IMG/VR virus record: IMGVR_UViG_3300037483_000205
Length of the DNA: 63,249 bases
Origin: a virus
Strand: one strand, 5' to 3'
How positions within the stretch are numbered: the stretch's first letter is position 1; each line of letters begins with the position of its first letter. The notes beneath the pieces are model-generated. The model searched no databases. It saw nothing but the letters and a program-made list of their open reading frames with translations, and was not told where the DNA came from. This document shows positions 23,576-31,435 of the stretch, in pieces. Made by a program: the position numbers and the translations under genes.

Positions 23576-25515
23576 CCCTCCCGAAGGCCATAGGCTTCGA
23601 TCTCGAAACCGAGGGCGACCTCCCTGAATATGCTCTCCAGCCTTTCAGAGCGGAACTCGACAAAGCCAGGATCAAGGCCGCCAGCATCGCCATAGGCGTT
23701 GGGACGCAAGGCGTCCTGTACCCATCTCTCAACCAAGTCGAGGACATGCTCACAACTGACTCCTACGTAGTCGGCTGGAACGTTGCGTTCGACGCTGCGT
23801 GGTGCATCGCTGTCGGTCTCGAAGAGGTAGTCTTCAAAACGAAGTGGCTGGATGCTATGCTCTTATGGCGCCACGCTGTAGTTGAGCCGGAGGGCGAAGA
23901 TATCCCGAGAGCGAAGAGGAAGTCTTACTCCCTTGAGTCCGCGATGCACGAGTTCTACCCAGATGAGGCAGGGTTCAAGGACTTCAAGGACTTTCAAGCC
24001 GAGGATCAGGCAAGCCTTGACCTCCTGCTCAACCGGAATAAGAAGGACGCATACTGGACCTTGAGGCTCGCAGAAAAGTTCTGGGACATGCTGAACGGAA
24101 GGCAACGTCGGGCCGCGCTCATTGAGGCAAGGTGCATACCTCTCATTGCAAAGACGAAAGTCCTTGGGATAAATTCTTCAGATGGAGCAGCCAGGCAGCT
24201 TGCCAACTCGCTTGCTGAGGACGCAGTCAGGACGTACAGGGAGCTACTTCGTACTTCGCCGGAGGTAAGAGGTATAAATCTCGGCAGCGTAAAGCAGTTA
24301 CAAAAACTTCTCTATGAGAACTGGGGACTTATGCCAGAAAGGTTTTCTCGCAAGTCCGGAGACCCCTCTACCGACAAGTACGCCTTGTTTGATCTGGCAG
24401 CCATCGATCCGAGGGCTAAACTTCTGAAGGAGTTGCGGGAGGCGAAGAACAACAGGAAGAAGTATGCCATTGGCACCATAAATAGTCTTGCGTATAATGG
24501 GGACGGGAAAGTAAGGCCGCAGGCGAAAATCTTCTCGACGTACACCTCCAGGATCACTTACGGAAGTTCTGACAAGGCAGCGAGGCAGTTCGAGAAGACG
24601 ACGAAGAAAAACGGTCTTCAAATCATTACCAAGAATGTTGAAGTACCTACAGGGATCGCCCTGCACCAGTGGAAAAGGGGCAAGGAGTATCGCAGGCTGA
24701 TACAGCCTCCTCCAGGCTACCTTCTTACTGAGTTCGACGCGGCAGGCCAAGAGTTCAGGTGGATGGCTGTCGCCTCTGGTGATGAGACAATGCTTTCCCT
24801 TTGCGCCCCAGGAGAGGACGCTCATGGATACATGGGTGCTCAAGTAGCATCATGTGACTATCGAGACCTCGTTCGAAGAGTGAAGGAGGGGGAGGTCGAA
24901 GCAGCCAACGAACGTAAGTGCGGAAAATTCTGTAACTTATCCTATCAGTATCGCGTAAGTGCCCGAACTGCCACAACAAAAGCAAGAGTTGATTACGAAC
25001 TCGATGTCGACGAAGCGTTCATTCAGAGGACGCAGTCCATATATCGAACCTCTTACGTCGGCGTCGGAGGGCTTCCAAGAGAGAAGAACGGTGGGTACTG
25101 GGGCCGACAAATCGAGAAGTGCAAGAGGCTAGGCTACGCAGAAACATTCGCCAGCAGGAGGGTACAACTCAAGGGAAGTTGGGCAGGTCGAGATGCTTGG
25201 GCCATGGAAAGTACCTCTATCAATCACCCAATTCAAGGAACAGGCGGAGACCAGAAGTATCTGGCACTGGCTGTCGCTCGCAATCTTCTCCCCGAGTTCT
25301 GTGGGTACTTTTATTATGAATTGCACGACGGTTTGTTCCTCATTTTCCCAGAGGGAAAAGCTTTGAAAGCAGCGGAAACATTCCGGGACAAGCTCTCGGC
25401 CTTACCGTACAAGAAGGCTTGGGGCGTTGACCTTCCTATCAAGTTCCCGTTCGACGCCAAGATCGGCACATCGTGGGGAGATTTGATGGATTTGGAGAAG
25501 TGGGAAAGTAAATAA
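23572..25515 (+). CDS. polA: Family A DNA polymerase with an N-terminal 3'-5' exonuclease domain
   Basis: 647 aa. Exo I IGFDLETEG. Motif A LLTEFDAAGQEFRWMA. Motif B ERKCGKFCNLSYQY. Motif C YYELHDGLF. Confidence 0.9.
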   Translation: MTLPKAIGFDLETEGDLPEYALQPFRAELDKARIKAASIAIGVGTQGVLYPSLNQVEDMLTTDSYVVGWNVAFDAAWCIAVGLEEVVFKTKWLDAMLLWRHAVVEPEGEDIPRAKRKSYSLESAMHEFYPDEAGFKDFKDFQAEDQASLDLLLNRNKKDAYWTLRLAEKFWDMLNGRQRRAALIEARCIPLIAKTKVLGINSSDGAARQLANSLAEDAVRTYRELLRTSPEVRGINLGSVKQLQKLLYENWGLMPERFSRKSGDPSTDKYALFDLAAIDPRAKLLKELREAKNNRKKYAIGTINSLAYNGDGKVRPQAKIFSTYTSRITYGSSDKAARQFEKTTKKNGLQIITKNVEVPTGIALHQWKRGKEYRRLIQPPPGYLLTEFDAAGQEFRWMAVASGDETMLSLCAPGEDAHGYMGAQVASCDYRDLVRRVKEGEVEAANERKCGKFCNLSYQYRVSARTATTKARVDYELDVDEAFIQRTQSIYRTSYVGVGGLPREKNGGYWGRQIEKCKRLGYAETFASRRVQLKGSWAGRDAWAMESTSINHPIQGTGGDQKYLALAVARNLLPEFCGYFYYELHDGLFLIFPEGKALKAAETFRDKLSALPYKKAWGVDLPIKFPFDAKIGTSWGDLMDLEKWESK

Positions 25516-25527
25516 GAGGGAATCAAA

Positions 25528-25827
25528 ATGATACTGCGAAAAATACGTCCTTTTGACAACAGGAAGTTTCGGTCACACTACCCGTTCAAAAGTAGGGAAG
25601 TGATGATAATAACTCTTCTGGAATGTGCAAACCGTCCAGTTGTAAAGAGCGAACTGCTTTTCTTTATTGACGCGCTGTTCTGGCCTGGGCACGTCAGCAG
25701 TGAATATATTTGGAACGTCAGGCGAACCAGAATAGCCTTCAATTTGCTTGTGCTGGAATGTGTTATTGAGTACAAGAAAGGAAAGCCGATCGTCCTTGCG
25801 GACGCGCAAAAAACCCTTGACTCTTAA
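25528..25827 (+). CDS. Hypothetical protein (99 aa)
   Basis: SD GAGGGA. The stop lies inside the downstream promoter. Confidence 0.7.
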   Translation: MILRKIRPFDNRKFRSHYPFKSREVMIITLLECANRPVVKSELLFFIDALFWPGHVSSEYIWNVRRTRIAFNLLVLECVIEYKKGKPIVLADAQKTLDS

Positions 25828-25845
25828 TGTCAATCAGGTTACAAT
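25817..25845 (+). promoter_or_regulatory. Sigma70 promoter TTGACT-N17-TACAAT, twin of 34919..34947
   Basis: cTTGACTcttaatgtcaatcaggtTACAATTAgatacTGAGGA versus cTTGACTatatatgtcaggccggtTACAATTAagaaaaTGAGGA. Confidence 0.7.
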
Positions 25846-25851
25846 TAGATA

Positions 25852-26073
25852 CTGAGGAGTAACCGACGTTGTGCAACGAGAGCGCACTCGCATTAACTAA
25901 AACCCTCATACCAAACGCTCGTAGGGGTACGTCGGCTGCTTCTCTTTTTAACTTACCGGGACCGCCTCTCGCAGGGCAGTACGCCCGTCAGGAACGGCGC
26001 ACCATCCGACCGGAATTAACCGGTATCGCCGAGAAGGAACGCTCGGAATCGGGGTTCTTTTTACGGAGGAACT
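25852..26073 (+). other. ~220-nt GC-rich structured leader or candidate small RNA with no ATG
   Basis: Nested stems: CCGACGT 25863-69 with ACGTCGG 25929-35, followed by CTGCTTCTCTTTTT. Further hairpins at 25983-26000, 26009-26024 and 26029-26046, then GGGGTTCTTTTT. Confidence 0.4.
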
Positions 26074-26076
26074 GTG

Positions 26077-26481
26077 ATGAAAATCAAAGATTGTTGGAAA
26101 TGGGCAGCGATGGACGCGGATGGGGAGTGGTTCTTCTACGAAGACCACCCAGTAGTGAAAGGTAATCAATGGTACGCGTACGCCAAAGGGTGTCACGATG
26201 TGAGTAACTTCCTCGAAGATTTAGCAGAAATCTCCGACTGGAAAGATTCGCTTCACGAAATCGTGAACGGAGAACTCGTCAAGCACATCGAGTTGAAAGT
26301 TGACGATAAGGTGATGGTGAAACTAAAGGGAGGAGAGTGGAAAAAAAGATACTTTAAAGAATTTGGTCCTCATGGTGATATTAGGACGTTTATTGAGGGT
26401 TCCACCTCCTGGTCTTGCCCTACTGGTCATGCATGGATGTCTTGGGGCGAATGGCGCCTGCCGACCGAGGAGGAACTGTGA
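26077..26481 (+). CDS. Hypothetical Trp-rich protein (134 aa)
   Basis: SD GGAGGA. The 19-nt initiation region ggaggaactgtgatgaaaa recurs at the next gene start (26468-26486). Confidence 0.75.
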   Translation: MKIKDCWKWAAMDADGEWFFYEDHPVVKGNQWYAYAKGCHDVSNFLEDLAEISDWKDSLHEIVNGELVKHIELKVDDKVMVKLKGGEWKKRYFKEFGPHGDIRTFIEGSTSWSCPTGHAWMSWGEWRLPTEEEL

Positions 26482-26660
26482 TGAAAACAATCCCCATCGA
26501 AAACGGTGTAGCCGTCGAGGCAGAGACGGAGTTCGAGGAGAAGTACCTCAGTAAGGTGTTTACTCTCGTAAAGGAGCGAGTCGTGTCGTTCAACCATGAA
26601 CTTGGCCAGTTGCGTGTGTATGTGGAGTATACTACTCCTTTGAAGGAGGAAGAAGAATGA
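26481..26660 (+). CDS. Hypothetical protein (59 aa)
   Basis: TGATG overlap. Same SD context as the previous gene. Confidence 0.65.
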   Translation: MKTIPIENGVAVEAETEFEEKYLSKVFTLVKERVVSFNHELGQLRVYVEYTTPLKEEEE

Positions 26661-26911
26661 AAAGATATGATGCACGCTTGGAGTGGGGACTGGTGGTAAT
26701 GGAGGAGGAATCTAACGGCGAATACGTCCTGTATGAAGACGTAAAGGCCCTTGAGGAGAAGCTCGCCCACGTACGCAGCGCTCTCGCAAAGGCGTCGGAG
26801 CACCTCGATTATTGTGGCTATGGCGACTCGTGGGAGCGGGAGTGCGCCATAGCGGGCAAACTCGAAGAGACTATTCAAAACGCGCTGGCTGATACGGAGG
26901 GATGTAAGTGA
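26657..26911 (+). CDS. Hypothetical protein (84 aa)
   Basis: ATGA overlap. Confidence 0.7.
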   Translation: MKRYDARLEWGLVVMEEESNGEYVLYEDVKALEEKLAHVRSALAKASEHLDYCGYGDSWERECAIAGKLEETIQNALADTEGCK

Positions 26912-27600
26912 TCCCCAAGAACGCCCGAGGCAAAAACTTCTCCTGGTCGCCATCCGCAATTGCGGACTACGTGACCTGCCCAGCTCAATACGGCGCCAAG
27001 AGATTCTACGAAACGATACCTTACGTCGAGACCGAAGCGATGAGGGCAGGAACTGCCGAGCACAAAGCTCTTGAGCTTCGCTTGCAGGGCAAGCCGCTTC
27101 CAGCGAGCTACGCCCGAGGAGAGAAGTACTGTCGAGTGATCGAGACCTGCGCAGCAGGCGGACAGATTTTTACCGAGAAGCAGCTCGCAATAAATCGGGA
27201 TATGAAGTTCGTCAAGTGGTTCGCTAAGGATGCTTACGGGCGGTGCCAGATCGACGTTCTCGCCCTGAAGGGGAAGAACTGCTTTGTAGGCGATTGGAAG
27301 ACCGGAGGGATCAGGGAGAACAGTTTACAGCTCAAAATTAATGCGTGCTTCGTATCTCAACTATACCCAGACCTAGACCAATTTAATCTGCGGTACATCT
27401 GGCTGAAGCACGACGCGGCGACGGGAGAAGTCTTTAAGAAGGAACAGATTCCTTCTTTGTGGGAGGAAATATTCGCCTGGATCAGGCGCATGGAGGACTC
27501 CTGGGAACGTGAAGCGTTCGCGCCTAAGCCCTCCGGTTTATGTAGAGCGTATTGCTCTGCGACAGCGTGCCCGCATTGCGGGAAAGGAGGAAGGAGATGA
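26908..27600 (+). CDS. PD-(D/E)XK exonuclease, Cas4/RecB-like with a 4-Cys cluster
   Basis: N-terminal YVTCPAQY. Core QIDVL...FVGDWKTG. C-terminal CRAYCSATACPHC. GTG start overlaps the upstream stop. Confidence 0.75.
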   Translation: MIPKNARGKNFSWSPSAIADYVTCPAQYGAKRFYETIPYVETEAMRAGTAEHKALELRLQGKPLPASYARGEKYCRVIETCAAGGQIFTEKQLAINRDMKFVKWFAKDAYGRCQIDVLALKGKNCFVGDWKTGGIRENSLQLKINACFVSQLYPDLDQFNLRYIWLKHDAATGEVFKKEQIPSLWEEIFAWIRRMEDSWEREAFAPKPSGLCRAYCSATACPHCGKGGRR

Positions 27601-27806
27601 GTAACGAAGAACTCAAAAAGGCAATCCTCTCAGCGGCGAAGATAGCCGAGCCGGAGAATCCCGCAGCTGCGGCCACATTGGTGGTACTTTGTACCGCGAT
27701 AGAGTTAGGGGCGGAGGGGGTTTTCCATAGCTTCGCATTGCGTTTCTCTGATCGGGTTGCTGTAGCCATGGACGAGTTGGATGCAGAAGACGTATCGTCA
27801 AATTAG
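27597..27806 (+). CDS. Hypothetical protein (69 aa)
   Basis: ATGA overlap. Confidence 0.65.
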   Translation: MSNEELKKAILSAAKIAEPENPAAAATLVVLCTAIELGAEGVFHSFALRFSDRVAVAMDELDAEDVSSN

Positions 27807-27820
27807 AGAGGAGGCTCACT

Positions 27821-28144
27821 ATGTTTTTCGATCTTTTTGCAAAGAAGACAAGAGTGGTGGAGGCCCTAAGAGAGCATTACACTCTGGTAGGGATGTTTAT
27901 ACATATTTCTGGTTGGGGCACTACTTCGGCTATGCTGCAAATGGCAAAGCCGGACATGTTAATTCTGGCACCGAAAGGTATGCACGCAGGTCTGCAGGAA
28001 TATCTCCCAGACGTTACCCTAATGTCGTCGCAAATGTGGGCCACACACCCAACGTCTCACAGTACTATTCTGTATCTCTACGCTATACAGGAGAACGGAC
28101 AAGTACTCAGTGCATTACTGAGAAGGAAGGAGACCCCAAAATGA
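27821..28144 (+). CDS. Hypothetical protein (107 aa)
   Basis: SD GAGGAGG 7 nt upstream. I prefer it over the overlapping 168-aa ORF. Confidence 0.65.
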   Translation: MFFDLFAKKTRVVEALREHYTLVGMFIHISGWGTTSAMLQMAKPDMLILAPKGMHAGLQEYLPDVTLMSSQMWATHPTSHSTILYLYAIQENGQVLSALLRRKETPK

Positions 28145-28287
28145 ACCAAGACCAATTTGACCGAGCGCAAGAGCGCTACGATTCGCAGGCGCCAGTCATC
28201 GAAGATGACAAGCCGAACGACGACGATTTTTCCGACGACGATTATCTCTACGGATATGATGACTGTTACGAGGAGGATTACGAATGA
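28141..28287 (+). CDS. Hyper-acidic 48-aa protein
   Basis: Hand-translated: MNQDQFDRAQERYDSQAPVIEDDKPNDDDFSDDDYLYGYDDCYEEDYE. SD AAGGAG. ATGA overlaps at both ends. Confidence 0.6.
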   Translation: MNQDQFDRAQERYDSQAPVIEDDKPNDDDFSDDDYLYGYDDCYEEDYE

Positions 28288-29156
28288 AAGCAAAGACAAT
28301 CAGGCGCGTCCTTGACGCGAAGATCAAGGACTGGGTAGCGAGCATCGACGATCCCGCAGTGGCTGAGATAGTCAGGAAGAATGCAATCATAACTGGCGGG
28401 GCCATTGCTTCTATGCTCCTACAAGAGCGAGTCAATGATTACGACGTATACTTCAGGACACAGGACGCAGCCGCAAAAGTTGCTCAATACTACGTCAATA
28501 AGTACATCGAATCGGCGAAGCCGGCAATAGTCCCTGAAGTGCGAGTTACCGCCGACCGTGTAAAGATCATGGTGAAGAGCGCAGGGATCGCCAGTGAAGA
28601 GGTAAGCGACAGCAATTATAAATACTTTGAGATGCTGCCGGAGGACAACATCGAGAGTGCTGAGTATGTCGATCCGACCGAAGACACAGGAGCCAAGTAC
28701 CGACCCGTCTTCATGTCGTCCAATGCAATAACCCTTTCAAACAAGATTCAGGTCGTTCTACGATTCTTCGGATCGCCGGACGAGATTCACGAGAACTATG
28801 ATTTCGCACACTGCACAAGCTGGTGGTCGTCGTGGGACGGCAAGCTTGAATTGCGCCCAGCGGCGATGGAGGCGCTGCTCGCCCGAGAACTACGCTACCA
28901 GGGGTCGAAGTATCCTTTATGCTCCATCATCAGGACTCGCAAGTTTATCAAACGAGGGTTCAGTATTAACGCCGGCCAGTACCTCAAGATGTGCATGCAG
29001 CTGGGCGAACTCAACCTGAAAGATGTGAACGTCCTTGAAGATCAACTTACTGGGGTAGACGTTGCATACTTTCATCAGATAATTTCCTACTTGCGTGATG
29101 CGAAGAAGGACTTCAATGCAGCGTACATCTGCGAGATAATCGACAAGATTTTCTAA
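28284..29156 (+). CDS. Putative Pol-beta-superfamily nucleotidyltransferase
   Basis: IITGGAIASMLLQERVNDYDVYF fits hG[GS]-x(9-14)-DhDh and resembles the GGxVRD..L...DxD head of CCA-adding enzymes. The rest is unassigned. Confidence 0.45.
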   Translation: MKAKTIRRVLDAKIKDWVASIDDPAVAEIVRKNAIITGGAIASMLLQERVNDYDVYFRTQDAAAKVAQYYVNKYIESAKPAIVPEVRVTADRVKIMVKSAGIASEEVSDSNYKYFEMLPEDNIESAEYVDPTEDTGAKYRPVFMSSNAITLSNKIQVVLRFFGSPDEIHENYDFAHCTSWWSSWDGKLELRPAAMEALLARELRYQGSKYPLCSIIRTRKFIKRGFSINAGQYLKMCMQLGELNLKDVNVLEDQLTGVDVAYFHQIISYLRDAKKDFNAAYICEIIDKIF

Positions 29157-29167
29157 GGAGGGAAGGA

Positions 29168-30028
29168 ATGAAAGCAGTAACAGTGCTTTACCACGCCGAC
29201 GCAGACGGCTTCGCATCTGCTCTCGCCATTTGGCTTAAGCTGAAAGACGACGCCAACTACATTGAGGTCCAGTACTCACAGCCGGTGCCGAAGATCCCTG
29301 AAGGGACGAGGACACTTTACATCGTAGACTTTTCTTACAAGCGGGAAATCTGCGAGGCTCTGAACGAGAAGTATGATGTTACCGTTTTTGATCACCACAA
29401 AACTGCGGAGCGAGATCTCGCGGGACTGTCCTACGCAAACTTCGATCAATATAGGTCAGGGTGCGTCATGGTCTGGTCCGCATTTCATGGAGGTCCGCTT
29501 CCATCACTCTTCGCCTACGTTCAAGACCGAGACTTGTGGAAGTTCGAACTGCCTGACTCAGAGGTTGTCAACCTCTACATTGCGACGCTCCCTCATGAGT
29601 TTGAAGTCTGGGCAAAGTTGGCAAGTTATGACGAGTTTCGCACTCATGCGCGAACTCTCGGTTTCGCCGTAAAAGCATTCCAAGACAACCAGATCAAGTC
29701 TGCGCTGAAGAACGTTCGCCCGATGCTCCTCACGTTGGACGGCGAAGAGTGGGAAGTACCAGCATGTGACTGCTCCGCCAATGTCTCCGAGGTCGGCAAT
29801 GTCCTCTGCAAAGAGTATCCGAACGCACCGTTCTCAGTAACATACTGTGACAGAAAGGACGTTCGCTCGTGGTCTTTGCGCTCGGTAGGAGACTTCGACG
29901 TGTCGCGCATAGCAAAGGCTTTCGGGGGAGGCGGCCATAAGAACGCTGCAGGGTTCTCGACTGAGATCGGCTGGCCGGCGTTTACTGCGGAAGAGTTTAT
30001 TGATGGGTTCAGGGAGGCGGCGAAATGA
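29168..30028 (+). CDS. DHH/DHHA1 phosphoesterase (NrnA/RecJ-core-like)
   Basis: Motif I YHADADGFAS. Motif III FDHH (29390-29398). DHHA1 GGGGHKNAAGF. SD AAGGAGGGAAGGA. Confidence 0.85.
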   Translation: MKAVTVLYHADADGFASALAIWLKLKDDANYIEVQYSQPVPKIPEGTRTLYIVDFSYKREICEALNEKYDVTVFDHHKTAERDLAGLSYANFDQYRSGCVMVWSAFHGGPLPSLFAYVQDRDLWKFELPDSEVVNLYIATLPHEFEVWAKLASYDEFRTHARTLGFAVKAFQDNQIKSALKNVRPMLLTLDGEEWEVPACDCSANVSEVGNVLCKEYPNAPFSVTYCDRKDVRSWSLRSVGDFDVSRIAKAFGGGGHKNAAGFSTEIGWPAFTAEEFIDGFREAAK

Positions 30029-30216
30029 ACGCCGGGAAGAGAGGGCGATATCTCCGAGAGTTAGCGAGTCAGGTCGAACTGATGAGTGAAGAAGAAGCTG
30101 AGCAACTTCGTTGCGCTTCCTGCGGGGACCCTGCACAGCAGGGTGATGGCCTCTGCGCCGAGTGCGCGGAGAAGCTTGACAAGCTGGCTTGCTCTTTTGA
30201 GGGGAGGGAAGGATGA
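30025..30216 (+). CDS. Small zinc-ribbon protein (63 aa)
   Basis: CASCG...CAEC. ATGA overlaps at both ends. Confidence 0.65.
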   Translation: MNAGKRGRYLRELASQVELMSEEEAEQLRCASCGDPAQQGDGLCAECAEKLDKLACSFEGREG

Positions 30217-30539
30217 CCCCTGAAGGAAAAACGAAAAAATTAATTTACGCGCTTCTCGCTAAGTATGACATCCAGCCAGCGACCAAGGCCGGGACGTTTA
30301 CGAAGGCCGCAGGGTGGTGGTACCCGGCAGTGCAGGGGATGATGTCTGTCCGAGGCGTGCCGGACGTAGTAGGGCAGTATAAAGGGAGGTTCTTCGCCAT
30401 CGAAGCTAAGGCATTAGGCAAGAAGCCTACAGGCTTTCAAGCCCTGCAGATCGCGGCGATCGCTCTGTCAGGCGGAGCTGTCTTCGTCGTTGACGGTGAG
30501 GAAAGCCTGCATCTCTTTGAGATGTGGCTGCGCGGTTAG
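30213..30539 (+). CDS. VRR-NUC-like PD-(D/E)XK nuclease
   Basis: GVPDVVGQYKGRFFAIEAKALGKKPTGFQALQ (D...ExK...Q). Confidence 0.6.
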   Translation: MTPEGKTKKLIYALLAKYDIQPATKAGTFTKAAGWWYPAVQGMMSVRGVPDVVGQYKGRFFAIEAKALGKKPTGFQALQIAAIALSGGAVFVVDGEESLHLFEMWLRG

Positions 30540-30550
30540 AAGGAGGTAGA

Positions 30551-31435
30551 ATGAGTTATGAAGGGGTGTGCCCGACCTGCGGAAACGAGTTTCGTTCGCG
30601 AGGGCCTAAAAAATATTGTAGCATGAAGTGCTACTTCTCTGATCCAGCCACTCTGCAACGATTGCGTGAGCAGAACCGGCGCAAGGCGAACAAGGTAGAA
30701 AGCGCATGTCTAAATTGCGGGAAACTACATATAGATAAAGCAAGCAGGAAAAGAAAATTTTGCAACCTTTTATGCAGAAGCGAGTATTTAGAGAAAAGAT
30801 TTGACCGGCACGTTGCGTCTCCGGTAAATTTTAAGACCATGCAGTGTTTCGATGAATTTGTCTTGCTCGATGAGCTTCCCTGTCTCGTAGAAGGGTGTAC
30901 TTGGGTAGGTCAGCAATTGTCGATACACATGAATATGGTTCACGGGGTTCCTGCGCAGGACTTTAAAGAGTTGGTTGGATTTAGTACAGATACCGGCGTA
31001 ATTGCCAAGCCCTTACGGGAAGTGCTAATGGCACGAGATCACTCCGTCCAGATAGAGAATTTGAATAAGTACAGGCCACCTCGGAGGGATACTCGCGGAC
31101 GGAGAGTATCTAAAGAGGGCAAAGAGCGCTGCGCCAAAGCTAGGAAACTCAGGGACGCCGCCGGCAGGGTTGAAAAAGAGTTTGTTTGCCTTCACTGTGC
31201 GGGCATCTTCACGGCTCAGTCAAGTACCCGCCAGTACTGCTCGGTAAAATGCCGAGATACCGCACGGAAAGAGAGGATTGTGCAGACTCTAAAATGTACG
31301 GGGTGTGGGAAGGACTTTGGAGCCACTTATACACAAGTATGGGCTTCGAACAAAGGATCTCCAGTGTGCTGCTGCGCCTCCTGCAAAGGGAAACTTAACG
31401 CCTCCAAGAGAATTATCCTGAAGGAGAGTGTGTGA
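30551..31435 (+). CDS. Multi-zinc-finger protein: four FCS-type Cys clusters plus a MucR/Ros-like segment
   Basis: CPTCG..KKYCSMKC; CLNCG..RKFCNLLC; CLHCA..RQYCSVKC; CTGCG..CCCASC. Central C..GC..IHMNMVHGVPAQDFKELVGF. SD GAAGGAGG. Confidence 0.6.
   Translation: MSYEGVCPTCGNEFRSRGPKKYCSMKCYFSDPATLQRLREQNRRKANKVESACLNCGKLHIDKASRKRKFCNLLCRSEYLEKRFDRHVASPVNFKTMQCFDEFVLLDELPCLVEGCTWVGQQLSIHMNMVHGVPAQDFKELVGFSTDTGVIAKPLREVLMARDHSVQIENLNKYRPPRRDTRGRRVSKEGKERCAKARKLRDAAGRVEKEFVCLHCAGIFTAQSSTRQYCSVKCRDTARKERIVQTLKCTGCGKDFGATYTQVWASNKGSPVCCCASCKGKLNASKRIILKESV

Noticed and set aside
25869-26165. 98-aa TTG-initiated ORF in the long leader after the promoter at 25817
   Set aside because: The translation is Arg/Pro-rich, and it overlaps the next well-supported gene by ~90 nt out of frame. 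Its apparent SD (TGAGGAG) is part of the conserved promoter cassette that also precedes the tRNA. It remains the alternative explanation for the leader.
27781-28287. 168-aa ORF spanning 27781..28287
   Set aside because: It has no SD. It is replaced by two SD-preceded, ATGA-coupled genes (27821..28144 in another frame and 28141..28287 in this frame).
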